Source: Octopus vulgaris
Taxonomy: Eukaryota
DNA: 64,000 nucleotides
Assembly: GCA_951406725.2 (NCBI GenBank)
Contig: OX597840.1
Coordinates: forward strand, 36,580,001 to 36,644,000
Direction of reading: 5' to 3'
Position numbers and translations under genes: made by a program. The notes beneath the pieces were generated by a model that was not told the DNA's origin, did no database searches, and saw only the letters and a list, made by a program, of their open reading frames with translations. Shown piece after piece: positions 53,489 to 64,000 of the stretch (the stretch's first letter is position 1; each line of letters begins with the position of its first letter).

Positions 53489-53905
53489 CACAGAACTTTT
53501 TATTAGCTAGCAAAATTAAACTTTCCTAATTCAATTTTTATAATACTTTTTTTTTAAGTAATTGCAAAATACTAATTTAGTTTACTTTATCGATTTACTA
53601 ACTTCCTCTATATTTTTACAACATTTTTCACCACAGTTCGAATTACAATAAAATGCCATTCAAATTTTGTAATAATAAAAAAAAAAAAAAAAAAGAAATG
53701 TAAAGAAGTTTTTGTGAAATATCAGTTTAGTTTGTTTCATTGTTTTTTTTTGGTAAGGTTTTGTCGTTTTTATAAATTCTTCAACATTTTTTTTCTTCTG
53801 ATAACAATGAGATTTCGAAGTTAAAATCGTCTTAGGAGTAATATAAAAAAAGGAAGCTCCATTTTAAGTTATTTCAGTCTTTTAAATAGATTATTTCCTC
53901 ATCTG

Positions 53906-53951
<46 letters not shown>

Positions 53952-54152
53952 TATATATATATATATATATGCATGTATATATACATGTAGATGTAGGTAC
54001 GTACATATATGTATGTATGTATGCATATATTTTATTTATTAAATTATTATATATATATATATATATGTATGTATCTATGCATATATATATATATATATAT
54101 ATATGTATGCATTTATATATATATATATATATATATATGTATGCATTTATGC

Positions 54153-54183
<31 letters not shown>

Positions 54184-54187
54184 CATT

Positions 54188-54274
<87 letters not shown>

Positions 54275-54280
54275 CATTTA

Positions 54281-54334
<54 letters not shown>

Positions 54335-54338
54335 TTTA

Positions 54339-54395
<57 letters not shown>

Positions 54396-54734
54396 AATGT
54401 ATGTATATATATTCATCTTTTTTGTATATGTTTGTATGTATATGAAATGCCATTTCAATTTTATTTATTATTTCCTGCAATCCCCCAACCGCCACCACTA
54501 AAATGCAATAACGATTTCTGCTTCCTTCATGTATATTTATCGCCCTTTGATTATTCTTTTACACACATGCTTAGATATATAAGTTTTGTTGCTTGATTAA
54601 ATTACATGAAATAGAAAATATTTTCTCTTAATAATTGTGAAGGATCTGCAGAAACTTGTGTTTCTTATCTGATACACGTCGTTCAAATCGTACCTTCTTC
54701 TTTCTCTTCATCATTGCTGGTAAATAATAGGTTC

Positions 54735-55675
54735 CAAACAGAAGCAAAGGGCTGTTATTGAATCCTTGACGAAAGGGGTGTGCCGTGATCAGATTTTTTT
54801 ACAAGGAGGCGTCATCTACAAGAGCAAAGTACCCAGAGAGATGGGGTTTCAAGAAGAGGAAAGGAAGACCAACCATGCAACAGACAGCCATCTGTTGTGA
54901 CCCCTGATATGAATCGCTAGTAAGTGGAAAAGCTGGTTCGTGTTCACAGACAAATCACAATCCAAGAGATTGATGTAGACTGGGGAACAGAGGATGTAGG
55001 GGTTGCCCTTTCACTCCCTAAGATTTCTTTCTGGAGCAATCAAAATGCTTTCAACACAATCCTGAATAACTTAATCGCCAAAACGAACGAACAACATTTT
55101 GAGATTGATTTCAAACATTACTTTTCCATTATTCGATCTATCGATTTGACTGATGTAAAAATATAAGAATAATTACTATTATTATACATGTGTTTGTTTT
55201 GTTATTTAAGAATGTAAAAATCGACCTTATTTGTAAAAAAGATTGCACCTGGGTTTGCACTCTGTAAGCAAATTTCATTCCTGCACTTATGCAACAGAAC
55301 TGCAGTCACAATGCATTACCGAAGATGATAGGAGACGTTAGGTGTCGAAAAGTGTGGGTAAAGTGGAGACCTTAGTAATTGACACCTGATTTGAAAGAGA
55401 GCAAACTGAAGTCTGCTCTGGTCTTCTAGAAGAATTTGAAGTCAATGATGTCACATTTTCCCCAGTATGATGATAGGGTATGAAACGTGACAGAACCTTT
55501 ATGATCTGAAAGCGAGGGTTTAGTCTATGGAATTGGATCACACCTCTTCCTCAAGGTCAATCAAGTTTAAGAGCCAGCAATCAGCACAGAAAATCATGAT
55601 AGCTTTTTCTTGAAGACAAAAGTATCAAACTTCTTGATATTCTGGAGAAGTGACTGTACCTCAAACAGCGAACGG
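54735..55675 (+). mobile_element. Fragmented mariner transposase remnant
   Basis: KQRAVIE, VEKLVRVHRQITIQEI, then RKVWVKW...LTPDLKE...SME...KFKSQQSAQKIM...NSER. Interrupted at about 54985-55290 and by a SINE at 55676. Confidence 0.7.
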
Positions 55676-56017
55676 TTCACTTACAAACGACATGGTTCCG
55701 GGTTCAGTCCTACTGCGTGGCACCTTGGGCAAGCGTCTTCTACTATAGCCACGGGCCGACGGAAACTGAAAGAAGCCCGTCAGGTATATGTATACGTATG
55801 TGTGTGTATATGTTTGTGTATCTGTGTTTGTCCCCTCAACATCGCTTGACAACCGATGCTGGTGTGTTTACGTCCTCGTAACTTAGCGGTTCGGCAAAAG
55901 AGACCGATAAAATAAGTACTAGGTTTGCAAAGAATAAGGTCTGAGATCGATTTGCTCGACCAAAGGCGGTGCTCCAGCATGGCCACAGTCACATGACTGA
56001 AACAAGTAAAAGAGTAA
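55676..56017 (+). mobile_element. SINE family A (5'-truncated)
   Basis: Collinear with 8647-9072. Confidence 0.9.
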
Positions 56018-56582
56018 AAGTGTATACAAATATATATATATATATATATGCACAGTTATGTATCCATATATACACTCATGCATATATGCTTACACGCATA
56101 CATACTTACAAAGTCACACATATATACGGAGTCGAATATGAGTGTGCAACTGCGCAAGCGCACGCGCGACTGAAAATGCCACGAATCCAAACATGTTTTG
56201 CCTGGGTTTATTTTAGTTTCCGTGTAAAAGAAACTTCCGGCCGAAAATATCGATTCTTAAAGTATTTTATGGCAAAAGTTTTGGTCTTTGTTCTTAATTG
56301 CATTCAATCATTCCTCAATTGCAACGCTGTGGTTTTGGAAATCACTGCTGTCTGAATGTATGTATGTATGTATGTATGTGTATGTAAGCATGTGTGTGTA
56401 TATGTGTATATATATTTGTATGTATGAATTATGGTTGTAAGTATTCATGCGCATGTGTGTATATATGTACATCTATCTGAGTGTGCGTGCGTATGTATTT
56501 ATGTATGTATGAATATGTGTATGTATACATCTATATATATATATATGTATACATGTATCTACGTATGATAGTATACACGTAC

Positions 56583-56628
<46 letters not shown>

Positions 56629-56631
56629 GCA

Positions 56632-56665
<34 letters not shown>

Positions 56666-56724
56666 TATTTATATACATACATACGTACATATATATATAC
56701 ATACATACATACATAGATACATAC

Positions 56725-56757
<33 letters not shown>

Positions 56758-56823
56758 CATACATACATACACGCATGCATACATACATACATACATACAT
56801 ATATATGTATGTATGTAGGTATG

Positions 56824-56868
<45 letters not shown>

Positions 56869-57233
56869 CTGTGTGTGTGTGTGTGTGTGTGTGTATACAT
56901 GCACACATTCAGATGTATAATTACCTTTCTTTTGGTAGGTAAGTTATAACAGAAAATATTAGGTGAGTTGACAGCTTCGCAAATCAAATTAGGAATACTC
57001 CTCGGTGCCTTTTGATTTTCTTGTTTACTCTCACTGCTTTCCCCCTATTTTCTTATTGAAACAACAGCTGACAGAATCCATCATCAATAGCTAGAATAAA
57101 AATTCAATCTGTCAGCTCTTTTTGGTAACAGCCGTGGAGTCAAGTTCTTGGCAATTTATTTATATTCATTTATACAGCAATTTAATTTGTGTTCATGGGC
57201 ATGTATGTGCGTTGGTGAACACACACACGCATA

Positions 57234-57264
<31 letters not shown>

Positions 57265-57267
57265 ATC

Positions 57268-57306
<39 letters not shown>

Positions 57307-57678
57307 ATATATATACATATATGTATAAATATATATATATACATATATATACACATAACGTCGTATATATATATCAATACCTATCTATCTGTCTGTCAGT
57401 CTGTTTGTCAGTTAGTCCGATTGTCAGTCTGTCTGTCTATCTAACTATCTCTAACTTTATGTATGTATATATACAAATGTATATGAATTTTTATCGATTT
57501 TACACACGCACTCACATACACATATATATATATATTTATTTATACACTATATATTACATATATGACTATATATGTGTGTATATATATAGGTATATATATA
57601 AATATAAATGCATACATATGTATGTGTGTGTATATATATATATATATATAAGTATATGTGTGTGTATGTGTGTGCGTG

Positions 57679-57724
<46 letters not shown>

Positions 57725-58446
57725 GATGGATAAATAATTAGTTAGATAGATACATAGAAACATAGGCAGGCAGATATATATATATATACACACACGCACG
57801 TACATGCAATCAAAATTACACACACACACACACGTACATGCAATCACACATACACATACGCACACACATACATGTATATGCTGGGAATTTAACTTTGACA
57901 TGGCGGCTTACACAACAAGTGAAAAAGCCGTCAGCTGAAACTTGACGTCCAGTCGAAGTGAATTTGATCAGGAATCAAGATATACAAATTGACTCTTTGC
58001 ACCAATAAACAAAATGTCAGTTTTCCCTCAAATGTGTATGTGTGTTTGTGTGTGTATATATATATATATATATATACATACACACAGACATGCAATATAC
58101 ATACATATACACACACATATGCATATATATGTATACACATACACACGCATATACATATTTACACACACATACACACACACACATATATATACATATATGC
58201 ATATATCTACATACATACTCCCACGTATATATATATATACATATATATAATATAATAAAGATTCGGTTGTATTGGGTGCTTAAATTGACGCCCCTTGTTC
58301 GATCGATCTAATTGGCACCCCCCACCAAACAACATCAGGTGAATATCGAACTCCGTGCAGAAGTGTTTGCACTCAATATTCTTGCAGTGTTTGCAGATAA
58401 CACGACCCAACTTAGGGAAGAGATCTACTCCTGGTTGTTCAGACAT

Positions 58447-58608
58447 ACTCTTTTACTCTTTTACTTGTTCCAATGATTTGACTGCGGCCATGCTGGAGCA
58501 CCACCTTTAGTCGAGCAAATCGAACCCGGGACTTATTCTTTGTAAGCCCAGCATCGGTTGTCAAGCAATGCTAGGGAGACAAACACAGACACACAAACAC
58601 ATACACAC

Positions 58609-58668
<60 letters not shown>

Positions 58669-58827
58669 GACAGGCTTCTTTCAGTTTCCGTCTACCAAAT
58701 CCACTCACAAGCCATTGGTCGGCTCGGGGCTATAGCAGAAGACATTTGCCCAAGATGCCACGCAGTGGGACTGAATCCGGAACCATGTGGTTGGTTAGCA
58801 AGCTATTTACCACACAGCCACTCCTGC
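58447..58827 (-). mobile_element. SINE family A
   Basis: Reverse-complement match to 8647-9072 with an internal deletion. Confidence 0.9.
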
Positions 58828-59284
58828 GTACTTTATATAAAAATACTTTCTTTAAAATCTCCGAAGTGCAGATTCCAGATTAACTTGCAAGTGGCTGAAC
58901 TCTCCACAGACACGCGCACCCTTAACGAAAATTTCAGGGAGAGTCTGTACGACACAAACTGTGACAGGGTATGACATCTTTGAATTGCAGGAAGCGCACA
59001 TTTTTGCCCGCTGAGTGAATTGGAGCAACGAACTGACGACTTTACGATCGTGAGGCGATCGCCCTAACCACCAAGCCACGTTTGGTGGTTAGTGTAATAT
59101 ATGTATAAACATACACACACATACGCACAATTATATATATACACACATATATGTATGTATGAATGTGTAAATATAACATGTACATATATATATATGTGTA
59201 AAACGCGTGCGCGCACTGACACACAAATAAAACAGGGTTTTTTTTCTGGAGTAATATTGACACTCGAAGTAGACATAATAATAA

Positions 59285-59760
59285 CTAGCAGTATCGCCCG
59301 GCGTTGCTCGGGTTTGTAAGGGAAATAACTATATAAGCATTTTTAGAGAGTTACTTCCCTTATAGATGCCAATTCGGGCTTTCTTAGCCATTTCTGTTTT
59401 GGTGCCTTCAAGCCATGAAGTCGTTGTTCTAAAAGAACGCTGGTCTCCTTGACAACGCTTTACGACGTTGATTTCCTTACACTCCCTTCCCCACAAGTGC
59501 AAGTGTGAGCGTGGACGCCAACTCCGCCGCCATCGACACACGAAAAATTATGCATTAAAATGGAATAAAAAATGATGTTAAATTATTTTTAAAATCGTAG
59601 ACTCATCGTAGACGCGCGCTAATACCCCGACGGGCTCGATATGAATCACGACTATAAGATACCCGAATTTGGTTAAACTGCACCGCAAAATGTGGGAGGA
59701 GTTAGGAATCTAAATCGAAGGGGACAGACACTCACACAACTACAGTTGTATATATACAGA
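59285..59760 (-). mobile_element. Non-autonomous Helitron, 476 bp, intact ends
   Basis: Minus strand starts A|TC, ends CTAG|T, has subterminal hairpin CCCGAGCAACGCCGGG (59297-59312) and no TSD. These are the canonical Helitron hallmarks. Confidence 0.88.
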
Positions 59761-60261
59761 TATCTCTCTAATGAGGAGTCATGGACAGGAAATATCAAAA
59801 TTGTTGTTGAGGTTGTGCCACTGCTTTCCAGGTATTCATTATTCGTTAATTATAGCAAATCACGAATCGTCTCCCGTCTCCCATTCGCTGCACCCTCAGC
59901 ATTTGCCAACTGCCGACCTTTTTCTTCCAAACTTGAAATCAAAGCCTTTGAACAATTTAATATTGATATGATACGAATAATAATATATTGCTGTGGATGC
60001 TTGTTGTTTGATAAGCATTCCACTGGTGTCTGTTGAAGTGGGTTAGCAGAGTATTGACGCATACATCAAAACGTATGTTTAAGTGACCCTCGACCGCATA
60101 TGCTGAGCTGTAAAACAGTTGAAGGAGGAGAATAAATGAATAAATGGAAAGATGAAAACGTTAAGAAGAATAAAATGAAAAGGGTGGAAATAGAACGAGT
60201 TTGTTGAAGCGAGTGGGATGAATGTGATAGTATAAAACAGAGTAATATTTTTGCATAATGA

Positions 60262-60556
60262 GATGTTCCTTTCTACTATAGACACAACGCCTGAAAGTTT
60301 GGGGGAGGGGCTAGTGGCTTACATCGACCCGAGTATTTGACTGGTACTAATTTTATCGATTCCGATGGGTGAAGAGCAAAGTCGTCCTAACAGGTATTTC
60401 ATCCGTCGACCTAACAGGCATTTCACCGAAGTCGACTTTGCCTTTCATCCTTTCGTGGTCGATAAAATGAGTACCAGTGCTGTACTGGGGTCGAAGTAAT
60501 CGAATCATTCCTTCCTTCGAAATTGCTGACCTGGTGCCAAAATTTGAAACCAATAA
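60262..60556. mobile_element. Two SINE family B 3' halves in inverted (head-to-head) arrangement
   Basis: 60262-60390 (minus) and 60427-60556 (plus) both match 24750-24835. Confidence 0.8.
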
Positions 60557-61479
60557 TGCCTTTGTGACGAAGTGAAACAGACCTTTGTACGTGAAGGGTT
60601 TGAAGTGAAAATCTGAGATAAGGACTGAGGTTGATAAAATAAAGATAACCCAATTTAAGGGGACACCGATGGGTAATAAGAGTCTAAGAGGAAATGTAGG
60701 GAGGCGGCGATTTCGATTATGAACGGATACTCCTGGAAATGATGGAAATTGTGTGAATGGTTAGTGATGATGAGAGGCTGAAACCCCTCAACAGGAAATT
60801 TAGAAATAAACTCACGAATGAAGCATTAAGGATTGCGTTGGAAGAAACAGCGAAGTAAAAACGTTAAAATTAAAAGAAGAGAGCAAAGCAGAGAAAGTTT
60901 GAAAGTCATTGGATAATTTCCCACCAAGAATTGAGAATGAGGCCTTACAATGAAAAGCTAACAAAATAAAATATACTGTTCGTGTAATTAAAAAATGCTT
61001 AAAGAAATTCTGCAAGGGTTGTGAAGAATACAATTATCATAACGCCTGGGTAAAGGGTGGATTCCATACTGATATAGAACAGGGGTCACCATGGGCGCTG
61101 ACGCAACTCGGGTGACAAATGTAGTTCAAGGAAATTTTAAAAATGATCTGACAATTACAGAAGTTACAGAGACAAACAAGAACAACTTGATAAAATAAAA
61201 TATGTTAATATAATAAGCGAAGCGAATGAGAATATAGGAGATATGACTATACCTTATACGGATATGAATTATCGAATTTAAAAGAGTATAAACATAAAAT
61301 ATGAAAAATATTAAAAAAACTATCAAAACAAACAAGTATTGCAATGTTTGATATAAAATATAAGAAACATTAAAATAAAAAACGATATCGAAATCTAGAA
61401 ATATCAATAAATAAGGTTAGGAAATATAAAAAAATATCACAAAAATACCTGAAAAATATAAAAAAAATATTAAGTCGTA

Positions 61480-62050
61480 GTATAAGGAGAGCAACACTTA
61501 TTTGTGAGATTGAAAAAAATGAGTCTATGGGGAATAATGATAGCTCCTAAATGGTATAAATGATCAAATGATCACTATTAAATGTAAGATCGAGTATGTG
61601 CCTCATGAGCTTAGACCCAGTGTGTTAGAATAGGTTTGAAGTGATAAAGTTACAAATACTATTTTAATTAAAGAGATAATGGAGTTTTGTGAAACAATCT
61701 CGATATCAATGACAGATATTAAATTTTAAAGAAATAACATTGAAGCTAAACCGATTTAACGTAGAATGAAAAAGTAAACTTAAAGAAAGCTAAACAAAAG
61801 TCTTACTGTTTTGGTGCGGACATCTAATGAAAATCTCGTTACGTTTGTTCACTAGATTACTCCTATTTTCTATGATTTCAAGAACCTCAAATAAGCAAAT
61901 AAGCAAATAACTCTGTTACCCTTGATGGGAAAAGCGGTTCCAACTGCAAACCAAGGAATTTCGTTTGGTGTTTCTCTCATTTTTAAGCACCATATCAACT
62001 CAGCTAAGGACATTGTTTTTTTTTCGACTACTTGGATTCTTTAGTGCGTA
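61480..62050 (+). mobile_element. Possible highly decayed Penelope RT remnant
   Basis: Weak motifs IKEIMEFCETISISMTDIKF and QGISFGVSLIFKHHINS fall in the order expected for PLE RT/thumb. Confidence 0.3.
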
Positions 62051-62987
62051 TGTTTATAAAAATTCTGTTTAAACTGAGACAATGTGGTCCCTGTGTCATG
62101 AAAGATTACGGTATTAATGGCAACAGAGCACATATGAATTAGTTCTTTCTAAAGAAAGGGTAAAACTAGTGGACGCTCGATAGGGGTACTAATGGTAGAG
62201 GAAGCCAAGTTCCTTAAATTAAATCTATGAAGAGTGACCGTTTAGAAATGGCACTGTTTATGGCACGATGACGAGAAGCGTTGTTGGGATTTTGATATCT
62301 TTGCTTGTATCAATTATTCGACTGTGGCCATGCTGGAACACCGATTTGAAAAGTCTATCGAACGAAACCACCCAAATACTCATTATATGAGTTCGGTATT
62401 TCTTTCATTTTTCACTTTGCAGAATTACTAGCTTACAAAGAGGTAAAAAAAAAGCAACAGTGGTTCCAAATCCCCCCCCCCCAGGCATCGGTCAGCTGTG
62501 GTCAAGGCGACTTGCTCAAGGGGCCGGGAAGTAGGACTGAACTTGAAGCTACATGATCGCAGAACGAACTTCTTCACCACACAGTTATGCCTGCACCAAG
62601 CACTTTCACAGGAGATTACTCGATTATTGTAACCCTCCGCCCACTGATAATGTAGGGGTTTGCCTGTCAACCGAGCACCTACTTCACCAGTCACAGTGCA
62701 ATGAGGTTGCATCCACGATGATGTAACTACGCTGAAACAGCAACAACAATAAGACGAATGTAAAATAAAAACAGACAAAAGCAACAAATATACTGGTGTA
62801 TAAAACAATTGTATACTTCCTAACAAGGAGAAATAACCACACACACACACACACACGCACGCACACACACACACACACGCACACATATATACACTCGAAA
62901 CAGACACTGGTGTGTATAGATACATAAACTATTGAAAGACTGTAGCATAAAACATGATAAAAGCAATAATAATAACAATAATAATTG

Positions 62988-63031
<44 letters not shown>

Positions 63032-63518
63032 GATATGATGATGATAATGATGGTAACTAATGGCAACAGCAACAATAACAATAATGATAATAATAATGAT
63101 AATGTCGATAATAATACACATTATTATTGTTTGTGTTGTTTTCGTTGGTACAACAACAAATAACAATTGCAACAACAACAACGACAAACAACAGCATTAT
63201 CAACAACAAAGAAAAGCCTTTTGCAAAGATGCAGCACGCCCCGTGCCAGCCTTGCCCATCTCTACTCACATCTAAACAAAGCAAAAATATACGACAAAAA
63301 AAAAGAAAAAGAAAAAGTTAAATAGATATTTTAAATGTGTGTATATGTTACAATATACACCTAAACTCACACACACACGCACACACACCATTATATACAC
63401 TCGCAAGCCATTGCTTATGCTTTAAACATGTATAAGTACGTACGTATGGTATACATTTGAGTGTGAGTGTGTGTGTGTACAGCTACACACATATATACAC
63501 AGTACATATATATGTATG

Positions 63519-63560
<42 letters not shown>

Positions 63561-63608
63561 TATACATATATACATATATATATATATACATATACATATA
63601 TACACGTA

Positions 63609-63644
<36 letters not shown>

Positions 63645-63784
63645 CACACACAGATATATATTTATGCACAGAGATACGTACACACACATATAAAGAGCAT
63701 ACATACGTACATATGAATGTATATACACAAGAGTCTATAAATAGACATTTGCAAGTGTGTACACATATACACAAGTGCACGCAG

Positions 63785-63826
<42 letters not shown>

Positions 63827-64000
63827 GTGCGTGCGTGTGTGTGTGTGTGTGTGTTAGTGCTTGCAACCTTTCAGTTTTTGGAATATCTTCTTATTCCTGA
63901 CAACTAATCTAATAGCAAGTCAGAAAGATGGCGCTTCGGGCAAACAAAGCTGCACAAAAGTGCTTCAACACACACACACATAAACGCACACAGCCACACA

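Overview
This is eukaryotic, AT-rich, repeat-saturated non-coding DNA. The SINE families and microsatellite load point to an octopus (coleoid cephalopod) genome; that assignment is from recognition, not a database search. I see no intact protein-coding gene: almost all ORFs in the track are microsatellite translations. The window holds several tRNA-derived SINE families, decayed Tc1 (DD34E), mariner (DD34D) and maT (DD37D) transposons, MULE/hAT/mariner MITEs, two non-autonomous Helitrons, RTE, CR1-like and Penelope (PLE) retroelement remnants, a 31-bp minisatellite and a ~1.5 kb (TA)n/(TG)n array. The most interesting signals are four: (1) a full-length U6 snRNA retrocopy fused to the 3' tail used by the local SINEs (43908-44069, -); (2) a near-canonical type I hammerhead-ribozyme fold at 19616-19701 plus several degenerate PLE-type minimal hammerheads; (3) a shared 3' tail module with a covarying stem-loop and a possible partner LINE at 30.1-30.7 kb; (4) several long inverted repeats. 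Boundaries of decayed elements are approximate and all alignments were made by eye.
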